Assembly: GCA_013360215.1 (NCBI GenBank) | Contig: JABWCP010000001.1 | Span: 89,144 to 153,143 of the forward strand | DNA: 64,000 nt | Source of the DNA: a bacterium | Lineage (GTDB): Bacteria; CLD3; SB21 | Direction of reading: 5' to 3' | Part shown: in pieces, positions 18,283-28,453 of the stretch | Numbering within the stretch: the first letter of the stretch is position 1 | How the letters are laid out: the number at the start of each line of letters is the position of its first letter | The notes under the pieces: generated by a model | What the model saw: only the letters and a program-made list of their open reading frames with translations | Databases searched by the model: none | What the model was told of the DNA's origin: nothing | Translations under genes and position numbers: made by a program

Positions 18283-19481
18283 GTTATATTCGACGAGTAT
18301 TGTTTATCCTGTTATGCTTTCAAGCGTCGCTCTTTGCACAAGCACAGGTTTCAACGGACGCATTGAAGTCGCAGTTAACTTCCCTACGCGAGCTATTAAG
18401 AGATACGGCGCGCTTCCGTTCGACGCACGCTCCGGTTTTGATGGACCAGCTGATGGATTGGAATGAAATTACACGTCGAAAATTTGAAGCCAATTGGGTG
18501 AACCTTACCAAAAGCTGGCAGTTACGTTTCGAAAGAGCGATACGACAACGCCTCAGCGAGGTTTTTACACAATACCTGATACACAATGCGGCAACATTAC
18601 GCCGTGCCGAGTCCCGTTGGTTTGACGAAGAGATCGGTATAACACGCGCCAAAGCGTCTCTGGAAATCGTACAAAATCAAGAAATCGTGCGCATCGCGTT
18701 GCGGCTTTCCTTTTCCGAGAACCGATGGCGAATATACGATATACGTACGCCCGAATTTCGTTTGCTGCGTGACCTTTTACCGGATTGCGATGAAAAGATC
18801 AGTGACGGATATAGCAATGAATACGTAGAAGCGCTGATCACCAACGCCGAACATTTTGTCATTGACGATTTTAATGCCGTTGAGTCAGGTGTTTTTCCGC
18901 GCAATTGGGGTTGGCGCAAGCGGGATGATGATCTGATGCGTTCTTCACAGCGCGTCTATAGTGTCGTCAAAGACAGTCAGGACAGCTATTTATCCGCCAT
19001 AGCCCGCGGCACATCCGTTGCGCTAGTTCGGCCTTACAGTTATGATCTCCGTGAATATCCGGTACTCAAATGGAAATGGCGCGTCAATACCATGCCTCCG
19101 GCTTCATCCCAAAACGATGCGATCGAAAACGCCGCCTCGGTAACCGTCATTTTTTATCAAAATTGGCTCGGTGTGCCGATCACCATAACCTATGCCTGGG
19201 CCTATGAAGGCGGCACTTGTACGACGGTCAAAACTTCGGGTTGGTTATACGATAACTTTTCGATCGTTTTACGCAATGCCCAATCACCGCACGGTCAATG
19301 GATCGAAGAGACCATAAATCTTAGGGAAGATTATAAACGTATTTTCGGCGAATACCCACCGGATCAAATCGCCGGGTTATACATTATCACGGACAGCCCC
19401 AATTTTCAGTTTCCAACAACCGCCGATTACGATCATATCCGGGCTCAAAAAAGCACCACTACATATTCGTGCCGAAATTGA
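18267..19481 (+). CDS. Secreted two-domain protein: MlaC/Ttg2D-like phospholipid-binding N-domain fused to an uncharacterised C-terminal domain
   Basis: Signal peptide. N-half resembles MlaC (MDWNEITRRKFEANW...LTKSWQLRFERA...YLIHN...NRWRIYDI). C-half of about 210 aa has no recognisable catalytic motif. Confidence 0.5.
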   Translation: METYMSYIRRVLFILLCFQASLFAQAQVSTDALKSQLTSLRELLRDTARFRSTHAPVLMDQLMDWNEITRRKFEANWVNLTKSWQLRFERAIRQRLSEVFTQYLIHNAATLRRAESRWFDEEIGITRAKASLEIVQNQEIVRIALRLSFSENRWRIYDIRTPEFRLLRDLLPDCDEKISDGYSNEYVEALITNAEHFVIDDFNAVESGVFPRNWGWRKRDDDLMRSSQRVYSVVKDSQDSYLSAIARGTSVALVRPYSYDLREYPVLKWKWRVNTMPPASSQNDAIENAASVTVIFYQNWLGVPITITYAWAYEGGTCTTVKTSGWLYDNFSIVLRNAQSPHGQWIEETINLREDYKRIFGEYPPDQIAGLYIITDSPNFQFPTTADYDHIRAQKSTTTYSCRN

Positions 19482-19715
19482 AAATTTACCTCAGTAACCC
19501 GGCTTCCAAGCCTTTGATTTTAGATACAAATTTTCCTTGCTTGCATAACTCTGATTTTCTATCTTCCTGCCCCTAAAACGGGATCTAAAAACAACAGCGT
19601 ACACAAGGACGCCTAACCAAACCTCCGTTTACGCGGAGCCAGTAAAAGGAAATTTTGCGGATGCACCCTGTGGTCTGCCCATCCGGCGGATAAACATCAG
19701 CAAATAAAAGTTATC

Positions 19716-21431
19716 ATGTCACAAACCACAAACCAAGCCCGTGACAAATTTCACGGCAAAGCCCCGCTCCCTTTCGTCAAAGTCAATGAAGCCATCGGTG
19801 ATTATTCCGAATCGGAATTTCTTGATCTCAAGACCATGTATGATCGCACACTGAGTGAAATTTCACAAAGCACGATCGTCAAAGGTAAAATCCGTGCCAT
19901 CAATGAAAAAGAAGTCAAAGTGGACATCGGATTCAAAAGCGAAGGCATTATTGCAACAACCGAATTTGGTTCCAACCTCGACAAATACAAAGTCGGCGAT
20001 GAGATCGAAGTTTATCTTGACAATATGGAAGATAAAGAAGGCAATGTGATCCTTTCACACAAAAAAGCCGACTTTATGCGTTCCTGGGAAAAAATCAACC
20101 GCTTGCATGACAGCGGTGAAACCGTCAGCGGTACAATCGCCAAACGTATCAAGGGCGGTATGGTTGTCAGCGTGATGGGTATTGACTGCTTCCTCCCCGG
20201 ATCGCAAATCGATGTTAAGCCGATCCGCGATTTTGATGCGTATGTAGGCCGCGAAATGAATTTCAAAGTCGTTAAGATCAACAACCTGCGCAAAAATGTG
20301 GTTGTCAGTAGCCGCGTTCTCATCGAAGAATCCACCAAAGGCCAGCGTGAACGCATCCTTACGGATTTACAAAAAGGTCAGATTCTTGAAGGAACGGTCA
20401 AAAACATTACCGATTTCGGTGCGTTTATTGATCTTGGCGGAGTGGACGGACTATTGCACATTACCGATATGTCTTGGGGTCGTGTCAAACATCCTTCGGA
20501 AATCGTCAAACTTGATGAAAAAATCAAAGTTATGGTCATTGATTTCAACGAGCACAAAGACCGCATTTCCCTCGGCCTCAAACAAATGCAGCCGGAACCG
20601 TGGCTCGAAGCCGCTAAAAAATATTCCATCGGTTCGATGGTCAAAGGTAAAATTGTTTCGATCACCGACTACGGCGCCTTCATCGAAATCGAAAAAGGTA
20701 TCGAAGGTCTCATTCACATTTCTGAAATGTCATGGAATCAAACGATCAAACATCCTTCGCAGATGTTCAATCTCGGCGATGAAGTGGAAGCCGAAGTCGT
20801 TAATATCCAGGCGGATCAACGCAAAATATCCCTCTCGATCAAAAAACTGCAAAATGATCCTTGGGAACATGTGGATGACCGTTATCCCCTCGGCAGCAAA
20901 CACGCCGGTACAGTACGTAATCTTACCAACTTCGGCGTTTTCGTGGAACTCGAACCCGGTATTGACGGTTTAGTTCACATTTCCGATTTATCATGGACTC
21001 GTAAGATCCGCAATCCTAATGAAATGGTCAAAAAAGGCGATCACTTGGATGTTGTCATCATGGGTATTGATAAAGATAATCGCCGTATCTCCATGAGCCA
21101 CAAGCATGTCACGGAAAATCCGTGGGATGGCTTTATCCAGGCTTATGCCGCCAGTACGGAAACAACCGGCAAAATCATGCGTCATATCGAAAAGGGTGTG
21201 ATCGTCGAATTGCCGCTCGGCGTCGAAGGTTTTGTACCGACGTCGCACTTGCCGAAATCCGATAAAAAAGACGCTTACGGCGAAGGCGTAGAACTCAACT
21301 TAGTCGTGATCGAATTTGATAAGGACAACAAAAAAATCGTCCTGTCCGCGACAGAGCTTGAAAAACAAAAAGAAGCTAAAATGGTCGAAGAATATAACGC
21401 CAGCCAAAAAGGCGGCGAAGCGCAAGCTTAA
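19716..21431 (+). CDS. rpsA: 30S ribosomal protein S1
   Basis: 571 aa with six S1 repeats (GxV/I...G-FGAFV/I...GLLHIS motifs). Confidence 0.95.
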   Translation: MSQTTNQARDKFHGKAPLPFVKVNEAIGDYSESEFLDLKTMYDRTLSEISQSTIVKGKIRAINEKEVKVDIGFKSEGIIATTEFGSNLDKYKVGDEIEVYLDNMEDKEGNVILSHKKADFMRSWEKINRLHDSGETVSGTIAKRIKGGMVVSVMGIDCFLPGSQIDVKPIRDFDAYVGREMNFKVVKINNLRKNVVVSSRVLIEESTKGQRERILTDLQKGQILEGTVKNITDFGAFIDLGGVDGLLHITDMSWGRVKHPSEIVKLDEKIKVMVIDFNEHKDRISLGLKQMQPEPWLEAAKKYSIGSMVKGKIVSITDYGAFIEIEKGIEGLIHISEMSWNQTIKHPSQMFNLGDEVEAEVVNIQADQRKISLSIKKLQNDPWEHVDDRYPLGSKHAGTVRNLTNFGVFVELEPGIDGLVHISDLSWTRKIRNPNEMVKKGDHLDVVIMGIDKDNRRISMSHKHVTENPWDGFIQAYAASTETTGKIMRHIEKGVIVELPLGVEGFVPTSHLPKSDKKDAYGEGVELNLVVIEFDKDNKKIVLSATELEKQKEAKMVEEYNASQKGGEAQA

Positions 21432-21454
21432 TCTTCAGCCGTAATGAATCTGTT

Positions 21455-21493
21455 AAGGGTTGAATAGCGTAAGCCGTTCAACCCTTTTCTTTT
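21455..21493 (+). terminator. Rho-independent terminator after rpsA
   Basis: AAGGGTTGAA-12 nt-TTCAACCCTT stem followed by TTCTTTT. Confidence 0.8.
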
Positions 21494-21506
21494 AACCGTT
21501 TGAACT

Positions 21507-22151
21507 ATGAGCAGTCATCCGCTATTAAAATACGAAACTGAGTGTTGGGAACACGGTCATCCCCACGTTGCCGGCGTGGATGAAGCCGGACGCGGTCCTC
21601 TGGCCGGGCCGGTCGTCGTGGCCGGTGCGATTTTTGAACGCGATTTTGTGATCGAAGGCGTTACCGACAGTAAACAGCTCACGGAAGAACGACGGGAGTT
21701 TTTTTTTAACACCATTCAAAGTAGTGCCTTAGCATTTCACATCGAAATCATCGATCATGAAAAAATAGATAAAATCAATATTCTGCAAGCTTCGCTATTA
21801 GGAATGCGGATGTGCGTCGAAAAGATGCGTATACCCGCTGATTTTGTTTTGATTGACGGCAACTCCGAAGCGTTTCCTAAAAACAACACCTATTATACCC
21901 GTCAGCGCCCTATCGTCAAAGGTGATGCCAAAAGTTTTACGATCGCGGCCGCTTCCATACTTGCCAAAGTAACACGGGATCGTTTGATGGTCGAATACGA
22001 TAAAATTTTTCCACAATACGGATTTGCCAAACACAAAGGTTATCCGACCGCCGACCATATCCAAGCCCTCAAAACGCACGGACTTTGTATGATCCATCGC
22101 AAAACCTTTTGCGCTGGAATTATGAATGAGCAGATGGGATTAGAATTTTAG
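21507..22151 (+). CDS. rnhB: Ribonuclease HII
   Basis: VAGVDEAGRGPLAGPVVVAGAI catalytic motif. Size is about 214 aa. Confidence 0.9.
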   Translation: MSSHPLLKYETECWEHGHPHVAGVDEAGRGPLAGPVVVAGAIFERDFVIEGVTDSKQLTEERREFFFNTIQSSALAFHIEIIDHEKIDKINILQASLLGMRMCVEKMRIPADFVLIDGNSEAFPKNNTYYTRQRPIVKGDAKSFTIAAASILAKVTRDRLMVEYDKIFPQYGFAKHKGYPTADHIQALKTHGLCMIHRKTFCAGIMNEQMGLEF

Positions 22152-22924
22152 CGGATAGATAACTGTCGACGAAGAAAATTGCGAAGTATGCGATTAACTT
22201 CTTCCGGTTTTTCCATCATGCTGAGATGCCCGGATGCTTGTAGCATGTGAAACTCTATGTTTTGATCCAGCTCCCCCATTTTTTTTCGCCGTTCCTCAGA
22301 AACCAGTACATCATCGGTGCCGGTGATGATTAATTTCGACACGCGGCTTTGGATCAACATATCGGTATTATCTTCGCGTCGGGCCATCGCACGCTGCCCT
22401 TGCACCATGCCTTTAATATCCGCCTGTGTCATGATCGGAGCAATCGCTCCCGACAAATGCGACTGGTTGGCGGAGAGCATTTTGATTTTCATCATGTCTA
22501 CGACAAACGCGCCGCCTTCCCTTTCTATGCGTTCTGCCATAGCATAACGATTTTGTATGCCTTCTTGTGTATCGGCAAAGGGTTGCGAATTCACCAACGT
22601 AAAAGAGAGAATATCGGCTGTGCCATCCTGACGCAACATCTCCAAAGCGATATATCCGCCCATAGAGTGCCCGAGAAGATGATAGCGGGCAATGTTTTTT
22701 TGTCGTAAACATAGCGTTACCCATCGTGCATAATCAGCTATGGTTTCCAATTCATAAAACGGAGTCTTACCCATACCCGGAAGGTCCAAAGCAAAAAACC
22801 GATATGTATCCGACAGTTCAAACTGATTTTGCCAAATCGAATGATCAAGCGGGTAGCCGTGTATAAATACAACGGGTACACCGCTACCTTGATCCTTACA
22901 ATGAAATTTAATTTCACTATTCAT
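22148..22924 (-). CDS. Alpha/beta-fold hydrolase
   Basis: VVFIHGYPLDHSIW and the nucleophile elbow GHSMGG. 258 aa. Confidence 0.7.
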   Translation of the reverse strand: MNSEIKFHCKDQGSGVPVVFIHGYPLDHSIWQNQFELSDTYRFFALDLPGMGKTPFYELETIADYARWVTLCLRQKNIARYHLLGHSMGGYIALEMLRQDGTADILSFTLVNSQPFADTQEGIQNRYAMAERIEREGGAFVVDMMKIKMLSANQSHLSGAIAPIMTQADIKGMVQGQRAMARREDNTDMLIQSRVSKLIITGTDDVLVSEERRKKMGELDQNIEFHMLQASGHLSMMEKPEEVNRILRNFLRRQLSIR

Positions 22925-22950
22925 AGCGATGCCCTCTGTTTAAGCAGTCA

Positions 22951-24393
22951 TTAATACGCTTTAGCGAAAATTACCTGCACATCCGTTTCTTGGCCTGTCA
23001 ACACACAGCGACCTTTTTCTCCGGACTGCTCCATCGGTATGCATCGGATCGTGGCCTTGGTTTCTTCTTTGATCTTGGCTTCATCTTCGCGCGAACCCGC
23101 CCAAAAGCAACGTGCAAAACCTTCTTCGTTTTCTACGATCTTTTTTAATCCGGCATAATCGCTGACGAAAATTGTATTTTTATCGCGAAATTCTTTTGCC
23201 CGATCAAATAGATTTTTTTGAATCTCTTCCAATAACGCTGGAATACGTGACGAAGCTTCATTGACCTTCATAGTGATTTTATCCGTTTTGGCCGTTTTAT
23301 CACGACGTGCGCATACGATCTGGCCGGCGGCTAAATCTTTCGGGCCCAGTTCGACGCGGATCGGCACGCCTTTGACTTCCCATTCGTTAAATTTGAAACC
23401 CGGGCGATACTGATCACGGTCATCCACATGCGTGCGAATGCCTTTGGATTGCAAGTCGGTTTTCAACTTTTGCGCGGCTTCCACCGTCGCAGTACGTTCA
23501 TTATCTTCTTTATATATCGGAACTATCACCACCTGCATCGGTGCCAATTTAGGCGGTAAAACCAATCCGTTATCATCGCTGTGTGCCATAATGAGTGCAC
23601 CGATCAGACGAGTGCTTACCCCCCAACTGGTTGCCCATACATGCTGGAGCTGAGCATTCTCATCCTGAAACTTCACGTCGAACGCTTTGGCAAAATTTTG
23701 CCCGAGATTATGCGACGTACCGGCTTGAAGCGCCTTTTTGTCTTGCATCATCGCTTCGATACAGTAGGTGTGCAGTGCGCCGGCAAATTTTTCAGAATCG
23801 GTTTTTTTTCCGTGGTAAACCGGCAATGCCATATACTCTTCAGCGAACGTTTTATAAACATGCAGCATCTGCATAGCTTCTTTTTCCGCGTCATCATACG
23901 TCGCATGCGCGGTATGCCCCTCCTGCCATAGAAATTCCGTCGTCCGTAAAAACAATCGAGTACGCATCTCCCATCGCACGACGTTCGCCCATTGATTGAT
24001 CAAAATCGGCAAATCGCGATAGGAATGAATCCAGTTTTTGTACATACTCCAAATGATTGTTTCCGACGTCGGTCGTACGTATAAACTTTCTTCCAGTTTT
24101 TTTCCACCGCCATGCGTGACCACCGCACACTCCGGCGAAAAGCCTTCAACGTGCTCTTTTTCTTTAGTCATGAAACTTTCCGGTATGAATAGCGGAAAGT
24201 AGGCATTGACATGGCCGGTATCTTTAAACATTTTATCTAAAGATTGTTGAACCAACTCCCATATCGCATAACCATTTGGACGAATTACCATACAACCTTT
24301 GACCGGCGCATAATCGGCCAGTTGAGCCTGCGCAATGACATCCAGATACCATTGTGAATAATCTTGTTCGCGTTTAGTAATTCGTTCAGCCAT
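22951..24393 (-). CDS. proS: Proline--tRNA ligase, archaeal/eukaryote-like type
   Basis: 480 aa class II aaRS lacking the bacterial insertion domain. Class II motifs plus a C-terminal Zn-binding-like region. Confidence 0.85.
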   Translation of the reverse strand: MAERITKREQDYSQWYLDVIAQAQLADYAPVKGCMVIRPNGYAIWELVQQSLDKMFKDTGHVNAYFPLFIPESFMTKEKEHVEGFSPECAVVTHGGGKKLEESLYVRPTSETIIWSMYKNWIHSYRDLPILINQWANVVRWEMRTRLFLRTTEFLWQEGHTAHATYDDAEKEAMQMLHVYKTFAEEYMALPVYHGKKTDSEKFAGALHTYCIEAMMQDKKALQAGTSHNLGQNFAKAFDVKFQDENAQLQHVWATSWGVSTRLIGALIMAHSDDNGLVLPPKLAPMQVVIVPIYKEDNERTATVEAAQKLKTDLQSKGIRTHVDDRDQYRPGFKFNEWEVKGVPIRVELGPKDLAAGQIVCARRDKTAKTDKITMKVNEASSRIPALLEEIQKNLFDRAKEFRDKNTIFVSDYAGLKKIVENEEGFARCFWAGSREDEAKIKEETKATIRCIPMEQSGEKGRCVLTGQETDVQVIFAKAY

Positions 24394-24581
24394 GGGTCGA
24401 TTCCTTCGATAAAATAAAAAAACTGTTTCGGGTTATCGGGGACACCGGAAACAGCTTTTGTAAATTAATACGTTTTCGTAATACGTTTAAAAGTGTTTCC
24501 TATCTCAAGTTGTACTAGGTCGATTATTTAAAAAAGTAAAAATCATAGTCTGTATCTATCATACATTATGTAATAAAGATG

Positions 24582-24655
24582 TGCGCCCGGCGGGAATCGA
24601 ACCCACAACCTTTGGCTCCGGAGGCCAACACTCTATCCAATTGAGCTACGGGCGC
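24582..24655 (-). tRNA. tRNA-Arg (anticodon CCG)
   Basis: Reverse complement folds as a cloverleaf: GCGCCCG acceptor stem, TAGCTCAATTGGATAGAG D-arm, anticodon loop CT-CCG-GA, GGTTCGATTCC T-arm. CCA not encoded. Confidence 0.85.
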
Positions 24656-24894
24656 AAACAAAAACAGCGCGTGCATAGTACAAAACGAGGTTTACAAATT
24701 CAAGGTGAATTATGAATAAAAACAATAAATTCTCCTCAAAAAAATTCTTGCAGAAGTAATAACAAATACCTAATATTTCCGCAACAAATCAGTCCCATAT
24801 TACCTCGTTTAGTTCATTTCTTTTAAGTATTTGTTTTTAAATGTTAATCAATTCTTCACGATGTCCCAATCTCAACTAATAAGGAGAAGTCAGG

Positions 24895-27800
24895 ATGAGA
24901 GGTAGTTTTTACTCTCGTAATTGGCGTGGCGCTTTTGTGTATATGGCAATGTTCTTATTTGCCCTTACACTTAACCTCCGCGCTCAGGTGACCACATCTG
25001 CCATAAGCGGTATGGTCAAAGATAATAACGGCACACCGCTTCCGGGCGTCAACATAGTCGCCGTACACGAGCCATCAGGAACAAAATCAGGAACCTATAG
25101 TCGTTCCGACGGTCGCTTTAATATTCCCGGTATGCGTGTTGGTGGTCCTTATACGATTACCGCCTCAATGATCGGATACAAAGAGCACAAAATTGAAAAT
25201 ATCAACCTTGCTCTCGGCGAAGACAAAAATCTTTCATTTGTATTGGTTGAAGAAGCGGTAGAAATGGAAGGTTCCGAAATTGTTGCTGAGCGTAATCCGA
25301 TCATCAGCGATACGCGAACAGGGGTAGCCCAGTCAGTTTCAACAAAAGAAATTGAAAACCTCCCTACTATTTCTCGTAGTTTTGACGATTTCACGCGCCT
25401 TACCCCTCAATTTTCCGGTAATAGCGCAGCTGGCCGCAATAATCGTTATAACTCAATTCTCATTGACGGCGCCGTAAACAACGATTTGTTTGGGTTAGCC
25501 GCAAGCGGTACACCCGGCGGCCAGGCTGGTACCCAACCTATCAGTTTGGATGCCATTCAGGAGTTTCAGGTAGAAATTGCACCGTATGATGTTCGTAAAG
25601 GAGGGTTTACGGGCGGTGGAATTAACGCAGTAACGCGCTCTGGAACAAATAAGTATGAAGGCTCAGGCTACTACTATTTTCGAAATGAAAGCTTTGTCGG
25701 CAAGTACGAAAACGCAACATCTTATGCAAATTTAGACGAAAAAGTCGCCGGTTTCCGTATTGGCGGCCCCATAATTAAAGATCAATTATTTTTCTTCGTA
25801 AATGGCGAGTATTCTACCCGCACAACCCCTACACCGCTTGGTATACTTGGTAACGGAAAAAGCAACGATTTCACCGGTATATCATCATCCGATGCGCAAC
25901 GCGCGATACGGATATTGGATTCGGTCTATAACTACAAAGCCGGCGGTTATGGTATCCAAGATTTGAAACGCCCCAATACCAAATTTTTTGCTCGTCTTGA
26001 CTACAATTTAAACAACCAACATCGTCTTACCTTACGTCATAACTTCGTCGACGCAAGCGATGACAATCTGTCCCAGTCATTAAGTTCGACCTCTGCGAAC
26101 TCAGGTTTTCGTTTGAGTGATGCAGGTTATGAATTCTTGAGCACTACGAACTCAACCGTGTTCCAGGTAAATAGCGTCATCACAAACGAATTGCACAACG
26201 AAGCAATTATCGGTTACTCCACAGTTAGAGATCGTCGAAAAATCAACGGATCGCCTTTTCCGGCTATTAACGTTCGCATTGGGAGTAATACTCTGATTGC
26301 GGGTAGTGAAAATTTTTCACAAGCAAACAGTTTGGATCAGGATATTCTTGAAATCACAAATAATTTGACGTACTACATGGGTGACCATACAATTATGGCC
26401 GGCACTCATAATGAGTTTTTCTCTTTCAAGAACGTTTTCATTCGTGATTTTTACGGCAATTATACTTTTAGCAATCTTGACTCATTAGCCGTAGGATCTC
26501 CCAGTTCTTATGGTTTGAGCTATTCTTTGGATACCAATAATTTAAAACCCAGCGCCAAATTTGATGTCCAACAATATGGATTTTACGTTCAAGATATGTG
26601 GCGAGTTACTCCTACAATGAATGTGACATTGGGTCTTCGTTTTGACTTACCGGTATTGCCGACCAATCCGACCAATAACCCCACCGTTGATACAACCGTA
26701 TTTGCGGGCGGTTTGAAGCTAAAAACTTCCGAGGTCCCGAGCGGAAATTTGCTCTTTTCACCTCGACTTGGATTTAACTGGGATGTGAAGGGTAACAATA
26801 CTACCCAGGTTCGTGGTGGCATCGGTATTTTCTCCGGACGTACTCCCTATGTATGGATTTCTAACCAGTATGGAAATACGGGTATTGAAATTGGCCGCAC
26901 AACAACCAATCCTGGGCCGCGAAGCTTCAGAACAGATGTCAACAACCAACCCGGGAAAGTATATACTGCCCCACCCAGCGAAATTGATTTGACCGATCCA
27001 GATTTTAAATTACCCCAAGTTTATCGATTAAATCTGGGCGTTGATCACGAGCTGCCGATGGGCATTACCGGCACAGTTGATTTTCTGTTGTCAAAAAATA
27101 AAAATGATATCCTCTATCAGGATATTAATCTTGTTGGCTCTTCAGGTACTTTGCAACTCAGCAATAGCGGTGACGAGGACGGAAATCGTGTCCGTTACAC
27201 AACTACGCCGACGAGCACCACGGTAAACAAAATTCGCAGCCAGTACTCCAACGTTATTTATTTAACAAACGCGGATTACGGATACGAATATAGTTTTACA
27301 ACTCAACTGAGAAAATCTTTTTCAGCTGGATTATTTGGTAGCTTTGACAAAGGATTTTTTGCAAGCATCGCATACACGTATGGACGTGCATTTGACAATA
27401 ACAGCGGTACCTCCAGCCAAGCGTTTTCAAACTGGCGGTTTAATCCAGTCAAACAAGATCCAAATAACGCACCATCCGCTACGTCAAACTATGAGACACG
27501 TCATCGGATTATCAGCTCCGTGGTTTATGATTTTGAATTCATACCTAAATACACGACAACTGTCTCTTTGTTTTACAACGGATTCTCAGGTAGGCCTTAT
27601 TCCACAACGTATGACGGTGATGTCAACGGCGACGGCCAGACGTCCAATGATTTGATTTATGTTCCCAAGGATCGTAACGATATTAATATCGTTCCTGCTA
27701 CAGCCAGTGGTGGTGCGCCAGCCGATACGCGTACCGCGGATCAGATTTGGGTTGCACTCGACGAGTATATCTCCGGCGATCCTGTTTTACGTAAATCAAG

Positions 27801-28146
27801 AGGTAAAATTATTAGCCGAAATGCAAGCCGTGAACCATGGACTAACCGACTTGATTTCCGCCTTGCGCAAGAAATACCTGTCGCCGAACAATGGGGCAAG
27901 TTCGAATTGACTGCGGACATTCTCAATTTGCTCAATTTTCTTAATGAATCTTGGGGATTGTCGGAATTTGTTAACAATCAAAACAACAGCGCTATTGTTT
28001 ACCGCGGTATCATCAGTGGCAAACCTGCATTTACATTCGGAAAGTATAATTTCCTCACAAAAGAATACGAAAACCCAAAACGCACCCAAGTCAGTGATTT
28101 GGCATCACGTTGGCAGTTGCAGCTCGGCGTTCGCTATACTTTCTAA
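24895..28146 (+). CDS. TonB-dependent outer-membrane receptor with an N-terminal carboxypeptidase-regulatory-like domain
   Basis: AAGGAG RBS. Signal peptide. CarbopepD-reg-like N-domain (SGMVKDNNGTPLPGVNIV). Plug and 22-strand-barrel-sized body (1083 aa). C-terminal LQLGVRYTF. Confidence 0.8.
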   Translation: MRGSFYSRNWRGAFVYMAMFLFALTLNLRAQVTTSAISGMVKDNNGTPLPGVNIVAVHEPSGTKSGTYSRSDGRFNIPGMRVGGPYTITASMIGYKEHKIENINLALGEDKNLSFVLVEEAVEMEGSEIVAERNPIISDTRTGVAQSVSTKEIENLPTISRSFDDFTRLTPQFSGNSAAGRNNRYNSILIDGAVNNDLFGLAASGTPGGQAGTQPISLDAIQEFQVEIAPYDVRKGGFTGGGINAVTRSGTNKYEGSGYYYFRNESFVGKYENATSYANLDEKVAGFRIGGPIIKDQLFFFVNGEYSTRTTPTPLGILGNGKSNDFTGISSSDAQRAIRILDSVYNYKAGGYGIQDLKRPNTKFFARLDYNLNNQHRLTLRHNFVDASDDNLSQSLSSTSANSGFRLSDAGYEFLSTTNSTVFQVNSVITNELHNEAIIGYSTVRDRRKINGSPFPAINVRIGSNTLIAGSENFSQANSLDQDILEITNNLTYYMGDHTIMAGTHNEFFSFKNVFIRDFYGNYTFSNLDSLAVGSPSSYGLSYSLDTNNLKPSAKFDVQQYGFYVQDMWRVTPTMNVTLGLRFDLPVLPTNPTNNPTVDTTVFAGGLKLKTSEVPSGNLLFSPRLGFNWDVKGNNTTQVRGGIGIFSGRTPYVWISNQYGNTGIEIGRTTTNPGPRSFRTDVNNQPGKVYTAPPSEIDLTDPDFKLPQVYRLNLGVDHELPMGITGTVDFLLSKNKNDILYQDINLVGSSGTLQLSNSGDEDGNRVRYTTTPTSTTVNKIRSQYSNVIYLTNADYGYEYSFTTQLRKSFSAGLFGSFDKGFFASIAYTYGRAFDNNSGTSSQAFSNWRFNPVKQDPNNAPSATSNYETRHRIISSVVYDFEFIPKYTTTVSLFYNGFSGRPYSTTYDGDVNGDGQTSNDLIYVPKDRNDINIVPATASGGAPADTRTADQIWVALDEYISGDPVLRKSRGKIISRNASREPWTNRLDFRLAQEIPVAEQWGKFELTADILNLLNFLNESWGLSEFVNNQNNSAIVYRGIISGKPAFTFGKYNFLTKEYENPKRTQVSDLASRWQLQLGVRYTF

Positions 28147-28166
28147 GGCAAGCTTTTCCTGAGTAT

Positions 28167-28204
28167 AAAAAGCCCTGATGCCTTCGCATCAGGGCTTTTT
28201 ATTT
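28167..28204. terminator. Bidirectional rho-independent terminator between the convergent TonB receptor and M28 peptidase genes
   Basis: AAAAGCCCTGATGC-cttc-GCATCAGGGCTTTTT: a perfect 14-bp stem flanked by an A-tract and a T-tract. Confidence 0.85.
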
Positions 28205-28453
28205 ATAATATCTGTCCCGGTCTGGATTTCCTAAATAAACACACAAAGCGTGACACAATGCAAGAAGCGGCAAGAATTATCGAGTCGATAATTCTGAACG
28301 ATAGATTCATGTGTTCTGGATTGCGTTGTTATACAGAGAGGCGTAAGTAAACGTACGCCGACTTACTGAAAAGATCAGTATAAACTTGTAGTATCTTTTT
28401 CTAGTTAACGATTTAGTCACCATCGTACAAAAACAATGGAAAAACCTGCTAAT

